Part shown: one piece after another, positions 37,071 through 49,500 of the stretch
Position numbering within the stretch: the stretch's first letter is position 1
Layout: each line of letters opens with the position of its first letter
Source of the DNA: Octopus sinensis
Lineage: Eukaryota
Assembly: GCF_006345805.1 (NCBI RefSeq)
Contig: NC_042998.1
Span: 85,622,001 to 85,686,000, forward strand
Direction: 5' to 3'
DNA: 64,000 nucleotides
Translations under genes and position numbers: made by a program
The notes under the pieces: model-generated
What the model was told of the DNA's origin: nothing
What the model saw: the letters and a program-made list of their open reading frames with translations, nothing else
The model's database searches: none

Positions 37071-38492
37071 TTTGTATTAGTTTTCATTACCTATTGTTTA
37101 TTATGCTAATTAACCACTGCTTCTCATCAATCAAGAAAGAGCTAATGAAACAACCTTCATACATTTAATCATTCATTGTTTGCCTTCAGAGTTTCTGAAC
37201 CAATCAGGAACCTAAATTATCTCATCTGCGATAGATACTCTAAAGGAACTTCAATTCAAGAGATAAATGTGTGTATGTGTGTGTGTGTGTGTGCACCTCA
37301 GAGAGGAAATGACCGAGACCTTTGGCATTGTTATGCTTAAGACCCATCAAGCCAAGCAAAATCGCAGCTGCGACAGATACAGGTGTTACACAAATGGCAG
37401 CTATGCTGGTGGCACGTAAAAGTACCCATTACATTCTCAGAGTAGTTGACGTTAGGAACTATGCCAAATCAGACTAATCTAGTGCAGCCTTCCAGTTCAC
37501 CAGCCCTGGTCAAACCGTCAAATCCATGCCAGCATGAACAATGGGCGTTAAATGATGATGATGATCAGGTTTATATGTATATGAACATGAATACATTTTT
37601 TCTTTCTTCATAAAACGTTTATCCAAACCTTGTGTATATTGACGTTGTAAACCGAAAATTGATATTTTTACACGTATGCAATGCTGACCACTGTGTAACT
37701 ACTTTCAGTTTTAGTAAATGAATTCTATACTTCAAGTGGTATGCAGAAAATTAGAGAAACCCTATTATTATCTTTGTGCATCCACTTTTTTTCTCATATT
37801 TGTGAGCCTTAAACATGACAATGTAATGTTTACAAGCGCTGCTTTTCAACACGAGTGGGCAGCATTGTGTTTACACGCCCATCAATATTCTAAATTGCTG
37901 AACTCGACCTTTGATCATACAACTTTGTTTTCAAAATCACTACTACCACACATAAATCTTCCGAATGTATTCAAAATCACTGATAACACTAGTTTTTACA
38001 GCATATGTTGCTAACTATTTGTTACTGGACTGGCCTTACTGGTTAAAATTTGAGTTTTTGTTTTAAAGTTTTCCCAGCCTTTCTTGTTCTACTACATAGA
38101 TCTATTGGCGACAAATATATTCATGTTAACTTATCGCTGTCGGTATGGAACAAAGAGCAAAGGTGGGAACGGGCTTGCTGAGAAAAACTAATCTTTTTTT
38201 TCCTTTCATTTACCCTTGTAAAAAAAAAAAAAAAAACAGAGGGACTACACTTCTGAACTGGGTGCAGTGCATAAAGTAGGCTATCTAAAAGATATCAAGA
38301 CAATTTATATGGTTTATATACACAGGCCGGAAGAAGTTAACGTTTCTAATGGTACCTAAAACTGCACTAGGGATTTCCGTACGAGTTCGTGATGACTAAC
38401 CAGACAATCGCGAAAGTATTACTAAATGCTTTCCAACTGGATTGTATATAGAATAAGAAAAAAAAATTACATTTATTTATATGTATGTGTGT

Positions 38493-38539
<47 letters not shown>

Positions 38540-38699
38540 CACACACACATACATACACAGGTAGATAAATAGATATATTGTTTCAGTCAACGGCTGTCAA
38601 GCAATCGTGTGACATTCATACCTAATGAAACGTACATGCACAAAAATAAATACGATTTGAAATTAATTAACGAGAAGTGAAAATTACTGTCACATATAT

Positions 38700-39625
38700 A
38701 AGTGGGAGTGAAATCGAATTCAAATGCCACGACATCAAGCACCCCCACTCAACAGATGCTGTAACTCCCACAAACGCGATAGCTGACAACGTGGCCTGAA
38801 ATCAGGGGGTGGGAAGGAGGGATACACACACACACACAAACATTCGTATGTATATATATATATATAGTAACACTGCCCATTGTCATTTACTGTGTATATA
38901 ATTGACATCAAAACTGTTCTTATTGCAAAGCATTTCGAGCAGACGACTCAAGTTTATATTACAAAGAATACATATTTAACATATTGATAATCAACTTTCG
39001 AAAGGCCTATTCCAAAATAAAAGATAAAATTTGGACCCGTTCTACTATATATAACGACTATTTTTATCGTTATATAGTTTATGACATGTCCTATGTAAAT
39101 CATTATATATCAATATTTAGCAGAACAGTGACTCAAGGGCCGAGAGTTTCGTGCGTTGGCACGTTTGATAAATGCCAACGCACGAAAGTCTCTAAACCTC
39201 ATATTTCGAGTTTTATTTTTTCTGTTTGCATTACCATACCTCTATGTGCATACATATGCATATATATAGAGAGAAAGAGTGAGACACCTTAGCGCACTGT
39301 CCATATATAACTACAATGAACAACTAAAATGCTATATTTAATTCTCCTGCCATTTTCTTCTACAATAATAAAAACAGCGGAATTCAAATGTAAAAAGGAA
39401 AGAATATCTTCAAAATACAATTTGGTAACTTGAGAAGGGTCTTTTGCAGGAGCTGAGAACTGGGGGAGGGGGAGGGTTTCCCAAAAATTAAAGCATGATC
39501 GACAACCGGAAGTGACAAGATAAACGTACACCCGGCAGCACAAGTTAAATTGCTTTATAATATAGAAATGAAAACATCCAGCAGTTGTTTCATTTCATAA
39601 AATATATCTGATGACGTGGGAACGA
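38700..39625. promoter_or_regulatory. CpG-enriched intron-1 element with UPRE (GATGACGTGG) and ETS (ACCGGAAGTG) motifs
   Basis: GATGACGTGG 39610-39619, ACCGGAAGTG 39505-39514, ACGTGG 38789-38794, TGCCACG 38725-38731. Unique, visibly CpG-rich sequence. Confidence 0.45.
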
Positions 39626-40762
39626 ACTATTGAATATAAATTATTTATAGAGTGTAATAACATCGGTTGCAGATTAAACCAACATGCCTTAAACGAAAGG
39701 CATCAATATGTCGAGGTGATGGCTGTCTTGATTTCAATATTTTCTTTAAACACTTTCAATTATCAGGATAGATTAAGGAATAAAACCAAAATTTCAGTTT
39801 AATGATTTGATTGTTCGGAATAGTCATTTATCGAAATTATTTCCTTCCCCTCTTTTACCCTCCATCTGTCTCGCTTAATTTCTTATTTTTCATCATCAAC
39901 GAAAATCCTTTCCTAAGTTTATATACATTTATATTATACAAAGAGCAGAGAGCTCCATTTTCTTTCGTACAAATGAAACTGGTGAGCAGCTAAAGTGAAA
40001 TGATTCAATACTTAGCAATTCAAGTGACCTTACCATCAACTTAGCCATTTTCTTGGTGTACAGATATGTCAAACGAAGGGAATAAGAAAACAAAGTGCCA
40101 ACTTAATAAACATCTGCTACGTTAAGAGGAATATTTTAAATAGAAAAGGCATGTTTAAAAATATCAATTTTATCATATTTGATGCATTAAGACACTTATT
40201 GGTATTTTTTTCTTTCTACTTAAAACGATCAAATAATTCGATAAATAAAAGTTAAGGAGTCAGCAATATTTCGTGCACGCATCTGAATTAAGTTGCTAGA
40301 AGCAAGTGACTAAGGCATAAAATATCAATCGGGTGTCTATTAATTTCGAGACTATTTCATTTCAATTCATTTTTTTTCTTTCTTTTATAAGTCATTTGCC
40401 GATGATTTGAACCATATAATTGAAACAGGTAACTAGATTTTTGTTGATGGTTTTCTTTTATTTAGAACATATACATATATAAGTACGTGTGGGTGTGTAC
40501 AATTGTGTATGACATACACATCTGATAATCAACCATTCAGAAAGTGAAGATTAGATGTGGAGATATACTATAGCATTTCATAATGCTACATCGGCGTGTG
40601 TGCGTATATATATGCATGCATGGCTTGGCAATCAAAAGGTGAAAGATAGACAAAACGTAGGATCCAACAATCAACCATTCCAAGAAGGTAGCAAAAAGAA
40701 AAAAAAGTAAACGCAGAGATGAAGAAAAAACCCCAACAGAACAAAAGCAGGGAAGTACTTAC

Positions 40763-40910
40763 AAAATTCGACCATCAAATACTTAATTTTTTGGGTTAGT
40801 TGTTCAAAGTTATCTTTCGTTAATACTAGGACCCCTTCTTCTTCCTTAACACCTTCAAGGGCCTGAGAAAAACAAAACAAGGCGACGAAAACTATCAGAG
40901 ACGACTTCAT
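40763..40910 (-). CDS. P4HB: PDI exon 1 (signal peptide, start of a domain: MKSSLIVFVALFCFSQALEGVKEEEGVLVLTKDNFEQLTQKIKYLMVEF)
   Basis: ATG at 40910, hydrophobic leader, VLVLTKDNF...VEF thioredoxin strand, phase-1 donor T|GTAAGT. Confidence 0.93.
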
Positions 40911-40986
40911 GACTCCTCCGGATGCCGTTAGTAAATACGAAGGGGTATAAAATGAGAAGACTTGAATGTATGTCTGCAATAACATT

Positions 40987-41084
40987 CAACGTGGCACTAA
41001 GGAGTGGTGGCCTGAACACACGTGATTTAATAGGACAGCCAATGGCGTGTTGAATTGTAATTGGTTTGTTCTGTTTCTACGTCA
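40987..41084 (-). promoter_or_regulatory. PDI proximal promoter with TATA-like, CCAAT, ERSE-like and CRE/UPRE-like motifs
   Basis: Minus strand: TGACGTA 41084-41078, CCAAT-N9-ACACG 41064-41046, TATTAAAT 41032-41025, TGCCACGT 40996-40989. Plus strand: CCAAT 41039-41043, CACGTG 41019-41024. Confidence 0.6.
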
Positions 41085-42147
41085 GAATCGTCGTGTCGAC
41101 ATAAGAAATAAATTCCATATGGATATTTCGTGTTTGTCGGCGGAAAATTCTGCAATAAATTAATATTTTAGGGTGAAGGATTTTTTTTTACTTCCTTTTT
41201 TCAGAAATTTCTTTGTTGTTATGCTTCATTCGTTGTCCATCTTTGTAGCAAATATAAGGGTAAAAATTGCTTTGCGGCATTTCTTTCGGCTCTTTACGGT
41301 CCGGGTTCAAATTCCGCCGGGTTTAACTTTACCTTTTATACTTTCCAGGTCAATAAAATAAAGTATCGGTCAAATACTGGAGCCGATGGCATTGACTGGT
41401 CCCCCACTTTTAAATTGGACAATTTTTTTAGGATTAGAGTCGTTATATAGTCTGACAAAATGTTTTGGAGTATTTCTTTCGACTCTCTACATACTGAGTT
41501 CAAATCCCGCTGAGGTGAACATTACATTTTGTTCTTTCGGGGTTGATAAAATGAAGTATCATTGAAGTACTGGATTGATAAAATCGGCCACACCTATACC
41601 GCAAATTTCAGTCCAACAATTATCATCATCATCATCATTATTATTACACATTTCTCTATAACGTTGCTCTATTACTAATATTTGAATTTCATAAAATAAT
41701 AACATCCCCTTTGGGCTTGGAAAAAAACATTGGCATCACTATTTTCGATCCTACCCACTAAAAAAAATGAAAAAAAGAAAAGGAAAACAAAACACAAGAA
41801 GAAAAAGTGTAAGATGAGAGAAGTTAAAGTAATAGAGGACTATGTCGGTTGCATTACTCTCTTCTCCCCCTTCAATTTTGCTGGTTTTACTTTGTATTTC
41901 AACTAATACTGACCGATATGCAAGTAATTCATTCAACCAACTGTAACCTCTTGGCTAACCAAATTTAACTTAAATGTGACTTTATAAATACAGGCGTGAC
42001 TGTGTGATTAAGAAGTTTGCTTTCCAACCTCAAGGTTTTGGGTTGAGTCTCATCGTGTAACAATTTGGACAAATGTTTTCTCCTATGGTCCCAGGCCAAC
42101 AAAAGTCTTGTGAGTGGATTTGGTAGATGGAAACTGAAAGAAGCCAG

Positions 42148-42259
<112 letters not shown>

Positions 42260-42703
42260 CTTTTGGTTTAATGTAAAATTGTTTTTATTATAACATGAAA
42301 AACAGACATTATATATATAGTTTGTATATATATGCCAGGGGTGTAAAGAGCCCATTTATGCATACCTTTCCTTTGTTGGACACTAAACTCTGCTTGCAAA
42401 GACCTGTTGACGTAAGTGACATCAAAATTGAAATTGAAATCAAATTATAACTAACTTCAGACAAACATATAAATAAAAAAAATCTATCACATGTATAGAG
42501 TATGTTTTCTCCTTTTATTTTACCTTATACTTAAATATATCATCATCATCATTATCTTCATCCTATTTATCATCATTTAGCATTTGTTTTCCATGCTGGC
42601 ATGGGTTAGATGGTTTCATTGGAACTAGTAAGCTGGAGAGCTACACCAAGCTCCTGTCTGTTTTGGCTTGGTTTCTATAGCTGTATGCTCTTCCTACATA
42701 TGT

Positions 42704-42841
<138 letters not shown>

Positions 42842-43036
42842 ATATGTATGTATGTGTGCATATATATATGTGTCTAGTTCAGTTTCTGACCTAGATCCAA
42901 GGCTCCTGCATTGAAATTTCAGCATCAACAACAGGTGATTTTTGTTTGTTTGTTTGTATGTGTGCATGTATGTACGTATGTATGTATGTATGTATGTATG
43001 TATGTATGTGTGTTTATATATATAGACATGTATAAA

Positions 43037-43868
43037 TACAAGGTGTGGTGAATAAACTGTCGTCTAAATTACACAAAAATGAAAATAACACTGACATCTC
43101 ATTTTAACATTTATTTACCAAAATTGCATTAAAATATTTTGAAATACTAAAGAGTAAATTTATTCAATAAAATCACCATAGGTTTCAACCATGGCCTCCA
43201 GATGACTTTGGAATCTCTTGCAGCTCTTCTGGATGGTCTCCTTGTTTAAGTTTGTGAATGCTGCCATAATCCTTGCGTTCAGTTCATCTTTGGTGTTACA
43301 AGGAGTTTTGTTGGTCTCTCGCTCAACTGTATCCCACACATAATAATCAAGGGGGTTGCAGCCTGGGGAGTTAGGTACCCAGATGTTAGGAGTGATGTGG
43401 TCGCAAAAATTGTCTGACAACCATGACTAAGTTCTCCTGCTTGTATAGCATGGTGCAGAGTCTTGTTGCCAGACATAGGATCTTCCGGTAGCTACCTTCT
43501 TGATCCAGAGCAGCACATCTTCATCCAGGCACTTGATGTAGGCTTCCATGTTGAGTCTGAGGCCATGTGGGAGAATGAATGGATGCATAATGTCGCCATC
43601 ACTAGTGATCACTCCAAACACCATGATGTGGATTAGATATTTGATTTTCATCACTCTTGTATTGGAGATTCTGGTGCAAATGCCAAGCAGTACAGCATGT
43701 CATTTCCAAATTTCTGACAAAGTGAATTACATCATAATGCTGTTTTTCTCACAGATGGGGCCCAACTGACCCTACCATACTGTGTAATCCACAAAATCAA
43801 AAACAAACGATGCACATGCATGAAATTAAAAATATAAAATGGCAACAATTTACCCATCGCACCCTGTA
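43037..43868 (-). mobile_element. maT/DD37D-type Tc1-mariner element, internally deleted
   Basis: WQQDSAPC.TSRRT and W.PNSP.CNPLDYYVW motifs with roughly D37D spacing across a frameshift; degenerate TIRs TACARGGTG... at both ends. Confidence 0.8.
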
Positions 43869-44406
43869 TATTCTTTTTCCTTTTATTCTTTTATTTTTTG
43901 CATATATATATTTTTGTTTTATTTCTTTTACTTGTTTCAGTCATTTGACTGTGGCCATACTACAGCACCACCTTTAGTTGAACAAATTGACTCTAGGACT
44001 TATTCTGTGTCAGCCTAAGTTATGGGGACATAAACACACCAACATTGGTTGTCAAGCAATGATGGGGAGCCAAACACAGATACACAAATACAGACATGTA
44101 TATCACTCTGCGGAATGGTTGGTGATAGGAAGGGCACCCTGCTGTAAAAATCTTGCTAAAACAGTTACAGAAGTTTGGCCAGCTCTTATCAAACCATACT
44201 ACCCTTGACAGCATGGAAGGCAGATATTAAACAATGATGATGATGACAGGCTTCTTTCAGTTTCCATCTACCAAATCCACTCATAAGGCTTTGGTCAGCC
44301 CAAAGCTGTAGTAGAAGACACTTTCCCAAGGTGTCACACACTGAGACTGAACCTGGAACCATATGTTTGGGAAGCAAGCTTCTTACCACATGGCCACTCC
44401 TATATT

Positions 44407-44464
<58 letters not shown>

Positions 44465-44584
44465 GTGTGTGTGTATATATATATATATATATAAGTTCAG
44501 TAAAATTTAGATTCAGATGAATATGGTACTTAAAAGCACCAGAATTTAGTATGGTATTATCCATATAATTCAAAATGAGGTAAT

Positions 44585-44851
44585 TATAATCAAAATAAGC
44601 AACAAGGATATCCAGAGGTAATGCAGCACAATTGTTTCATGCGACCCCATTTAATTGAACAATGCAAACATTACATCAATTCAAAAAGCAGAGCAATGAA
44701 GATTGCTCTGCATTTTAAATTGATGTAATGTAATCTTCATTGCTCTGTATTTTAAATTGATGTAATGTTTGCATTGTTCAATTAAATGGAGTTGCATGAA
44801 ACGATCATACTGCATTACCTGTGGATATCCTTGTTGCTTATTTTGATTATA
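44585..44851. mobile_element. Palindromic MITE-like element with ~95-bp arms
   Basis: TATAATCAAAATAAGCAACAAGGATATCC... is mirrored at 44755-44851; TA-rich flanks. Confidence 0.7.
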
Positions 44852-44996
44852 TATATATATATATATTAAAAATGGAGAAGGCCATACTGGAGCACCACCT
44901 TTAGTCAAACAAATCAACCCCAGGACTTATTCTTTGTAAGCCAAGTACTTATTCTAGTGGGGGGGGGCAACCACAGACAGAAAGATACACACGTAA

Positions 44997-45035
<39 letters not shown>

Positions 45036-45523
45036 ATGGGATTCTTTCAGTTTCTGTCTACCAAATCCACTCACAAGGCTTTGGTCAGCCTGAATCTATA
45101 GAAGATTTGAGTATCTTTGAATAAACTGATATCTGCATGTCAATTTCTCCATTTTCTTCCTTTTCTCATTCATTAATGTTTTAAATGCCTATATATACCC
45201 ATGCAAAACTAATATATGCGGTTTTCACTTAACACTGGTATAAACCAGAGAACTAGGATGCTAGCATCCTTCAAAGGATTATAGGTCCTTCATACAATTA
45301 TATATATATATAATATATATATAGTAAAGTTTATTTGCCAACATAATGTGGCAGTCCTATCATTAGCTAGTGATTGCCTCACACTGAGGACAGAAACCTA
45401 GGTCTGTGAGTATCACATAAGGCTAGAGATGAGAGTGATGACCTCCCTTACAGGTAGCTAACTGGAAAAGATGTTTTCCTGGGGCTAAATCACAGTATAT
45501 ATATGTGTGTGTGTGTGTGTGTA

Positions 45524-45743
45524 TACAAGGAGATGCTGAAAGTTTTTAGCTTTGAGTAAAAGAAAATACAAGAGGATCAGTTAATTGTAATTTTATTGAA
45601 TATATTCTCTTCTCAGATTCACATACTTATTACAGTAGTCCTTCAGTTTTTCTAAGCCCTGTAAAAGAACTTGGAAGATTGAACTTCCAACCAGGCCTTT
45701 TGCAATACCCTTAAAGCCACCAAATTTTCAGCACCTCTTCATA
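45524..45743 (-). mobile_element. Mariner-derived MITE retaining the transposase C-terminus
   Basis: Imperfect TIRs around GCTGAAA and TTTCAGC; the internal sequence resembles a mariner C-terminal coding stretch. Confidence 0.55.
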
Positions 45744-45972
45744 TATGTGTGTGTGTGTGTGTATACACACACACACACATATATATGTTTGTATGTATGT
45801 ATGTCATTATTCAGTTTATTTCAAGATTTCTTCCCAATGGAGAAAGGACCAGTTTCTAACCCAAATCCAAGGCTCCTTCATTGGAATTTCAACGTCAACA
45901 GCAGGGGATTTTTGTTTGTTTGCTTGTATGTGTGTATGTATGTATGTATGTATGTATGTACATATGTATGTA

Positions 45973-46008
<36 letters not shown>

Positions 46009-46954
46009 AGAGTGTATATTGGTGTTTCCTTGTCTTAACATTGTAATTGTTGTAACTGAGTGTCACTGTCTTGCAAGCAGTGTCACTTATTTCCAATATT
46101 CTGCAAAAACATGTCTGGGTATAGAGAGATATTACTTTACTCAAAAGCAGATGGAAATTGCCAGCAGAAAGGCATCTGGCCATAGAAAATCTGCTTCAAT
46201 AAACTCTGTCCAACCATGCCAGCATGGAAAAATGATGGGAAAGTGTATATGATCATCATCATCATCATGAACTTTATGAAAATATCCCAGGTGTACAATA
46301 GACAATTAAAGAAAAAAAACCCACCTTTTATAGACAATCTTCTAAGCAAAAAAAGAGAGTCATGTAATTTCCTTCCACTCTCTAATAAATCATATCTATA
46401 ATCATGAGAAACTCTTTTTCATGTTATTCGAATAACTCTGAATTGTGATTTCAAATCCTGTTGAAGACAATTTTGTCTTTTATCTCTTTGTCCTATTGGG
46501 ATCAATAAAATAAATACCAGTTAGATACTAGAATTGATTTTACTTACTATGCTCAGCTGTCAAAGTATGAACTTACGTTACTGTTCAAAATCAATGTAAT
46601 TGATGAAGTTACTATTATTGTTGTAAGTTTGATAGAATCAATAAAATATGGAACTAAATGTTTGTCTATTTATTTGCTCATTCTACATCTGCCTTTTCTA
46701 TGTATGCTTTACCCAGACAAACATATCGTTTGATATAGAGTTACAGCTGGCTGCCCTTTCTGACACAAAACCTTACGTGTTTTTCAAGTAAGGCATTGCA
46801 TATTTTTTCACAGCTTAAAGACATGAAATATCTGGTTGATTTGTAGATAGGAGACACACACACATGCACACTTACATACACACATACATAAATACATATT
46901 TTCATGTATACATGCATACATATATGCAGACAGACAGACAGAAGAAAAGAAACT

Positions 46955-47710
46955 GTGTACAGTTGTAGAAATCAGCTGCCCAGTGGATGTTAAAATAAAG
47001 TTGAAGCTCAGTGAAAATGAGAACACCTATGCTGAACTATTGAGAAATTTACAGTTACTCTATCCAGATTACAAGTTTAGGTTTATACCTGTAGTCATTG
47101 GGGCACTGGAATATGTAACCTAAATACCAATCTTGAGAAACCTAATTTCTCCAAACCAGAAAGGAGAAAGCTGATTCAAAAACTACAGGTTCAAGCCATC
47201 ACTGGAACTGTAAAAATCTGTAAAACTTTTCAGAAGTTTATCATTTAAGTATATATGAGCATATCTCGATATGCAAGTATATACATGAGAAGACATACAT
47301 AAAACAAAACATACAAATCTGCATGTATACATACATACATACAAAAATACCCTGTTCTTGATGTTGAAATTCCAATGAAGGAGCTTTGGATCATCATCAT
47401 CATCATCATCGTTTACTGTCCGTTTTTCATGCTGGCATGGGTTGGATGGTTTGACTGGGGTCTGGGAAGCCAGGAGGCTGTACCAGGCCCCAATCTGATC
47501 TGGCAGTGTTTCTACAGCTAGATGCCCTTCCTAACGCCAACCACTCTGAGAGTGTACTGGGTGCTTTTTACGTGCCACTGGCACAGGAGCCAGAGGAGCT
47601 GGCATTGACAACAATGAGATGGTGTTTTTTACATGCCACTGGCACGGAAACCAAAACTGGCTCTTTCTCTGTTGGCAAGAAATCTTGAAATAAAATTGAA
47701 TAATGACTTA
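46955..47710 (+). mobile_element. Second R4/Dong-like 3' fragment with 3' UTR, interrupted by an RTE-tail repeat (47395-47650)
   Basis: VVEISCPVDV...LQLLYPDYKFRFIPVVIGAL...GTVKICKTF, then a UTR ending GAATAATGAC before (TACA)n. Confidence 0.8.
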
Positions 47711-47714
47711 CATG

Positions 47715-47749
47715 CATGCATACATACATACATACATGCATACATACAT

Positions 47750-47780
<31 letters not shown>

Positions 47781-47955
47781 TACATACATACATACATACA
47801 TACATACACACACACACATACATACATACATACATACATACACACAAATACATACATACATACATACATACACACACACATACATACATACATACATACA
47901 TACATACATACATACATACATACATACATACATACATACATGCATACATACATAC
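47715..47955. repeat. (TACA)n/(CA)n microsatellite; similar tracts at 45940-46005, 49275-49345, 49450-49630, 54345-54390
   Basis: Directly visible. Confidence 0.95.
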
Positions 47956-47994
47956 AAAAATACCCTGTTCTTGCTGTTGAAATTCATACATACA

Positions 47995-48200
47995 TTATCC
48001 AGACTATGAATTCATATTCATACCAATAATAATTGGAGTACTAGGTTTTGTTAGTAAATCCATAAAGGAGAATCTGGATAAACTAGGATTTTCAGAGAGA
48101 AATCGACTGGTTAATTCGTACATTACAAGTGCAATCTGTAAGTGGAATAGTAAAAATATGCAAGACTTTTCACTAGTTCCAAATATGAATTTGTTTGTGT
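47995..48200 (+). mobile_element. Third R4/Dong-like C-terminal fragment
   Basis: YPDYEFIFIPIIIGVLG...GIVKICKTF. Confidence 0.7.
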
Positions 48201-48334
48201 TAATTACATCCCAAAGATGTATTTAACACATCCTTGTATGTTTGTTGGAACTACTGTGCAGGCTCTGACAATACAACTGTCTCATGCAACCCAAACAGAA
48301 TCTTAGAGAGCAGGCATCATACTGACAAAAAGCA

Positions 48335-49260
48335 ATGCATGGGTTCATGTCCTATAAATTAGAGGGCAACAATAGCATTGACAGGAAGAGTGGCCTCTCC
48401 TGGTTCTGTGATAGATACATTATATCCCAACTAGAAGGATATCTCTTCTCTGTCCAGGATCAGGAGATAGATATTAAATACCTGATAAACAAGAAGGACA
48501 AAGATACTACCAAACTTCCACATTGTGATAAAAAAAATGTCAGCTTTGCTATACCAGTGTGGAAGATATTACCCATAACATCAGCAGCTGCTTCACAATG
48601 TCTGATATATTACCTGCCTCTGAGGCATGATATCATTGCAAAGGCTATTTACAATGCAATCTGCAGAAAGGTTCACCTGATATTTATATCAAAGGCATAT
48701 CAGAACCAGCAGGTAATCACACCTTTAAAAACAAGTAATACTGGTGGAAGACTGCAATAAAAACAGCAATCCAGTGCAAGCATAACAGACCTGATATTGT
48801 TCAGTGGAACAGGGAACAAAAGTCATGCACTGTGGTAGAGGTCAGCTGCCCAGGGGATGTGAATCTACAATTAAAAATCCAGGAGAAAGAGAAGATTTAT
48901 GGTCAGCTAATGTGGAATTTACAATTCTTATACCCTGACTATGAATTCCCGTATGTACTTATCATTTTAAGTGCATTTTGTACCAACAAATTTACACAAA
49001 AACCTAGAAATACTGGATTTTTTAAAGAAAGCACAAAAGAAATTGATGCAGATTCTCCAAACCCAATCTATTATTTGCACACTGAAGATTTGTAAGATAT
49101 TCCACAGATTCTCCATCTGAGATCCTTTAGGGGAATAGATGCACACAATCAATGCACCAACTCAACTAAGAGTTACAAGCACCAGGAACTCTCTTAACTC
49201 AAAAGGTCTTGTAGCTTTGTTAGTGACTGACTTGAACACTCTTTTAAGAAGAACTTAAAT
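48335..49260 (+). mobile_element. R4/Dong-like non-LTR retrotransposon 3' portion (zinc knuckle + restriction-like endonuclease), frameshifted
   Basis: EGYLFSVQDQEI; CX2CX8HX4C at 48538-48591; HNRPDIV...VVEVSCP at 48781-48850; LYPDY. Confidence 0.85.
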
Positions 49261-49308
49261 AAAACTCTCTCTCACACACATACATACATACATACATACA
49301 TACATACA

Positions 49309-49342
<34 letters not shown>

Positions 49343-49466
49343 CATACAAACAAACAAAAATCCCCTGTTGTTGATGTTGAAATTCCAATGAAGGAGCCTT
49401 GGATCTAGGTCAGAAACTGAACTAGACACACACACATATATATGCACACATACATACATACATACA

Positions 49467-49500
<34 letters not shown>

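Larger units (their letters stand above)
8481..40910 (-). other. P4HB: Protein disulfide-isomerase gene span (11 coding exons, 496 aa, a-b-b'-a'-c architecture)
   Basis: Exons joined by hand: 148+195+134+138+105+123+201+121+179+81+66 = 1491 nt, open frame, all GT-AG introns. Two APWCGHCK motifs, N-terminal hydrophobic signal peptide, acidic C-terminus ending HSEL*. Confidence 0.95.

Noticed and set aside
38389-38445. C/D-box snoRNA starting GTGATGA
   Set aside because: There is no CTGA D box at a suitable distance, and it is antisense to the host intron.
39289-39543. 84-aa ORF or alternative coding first exon of PDI
   Set aside because: No recognisable domain, a weak donor (AAG|GTGTCT), and an in-frame TAA immediately before the junction.
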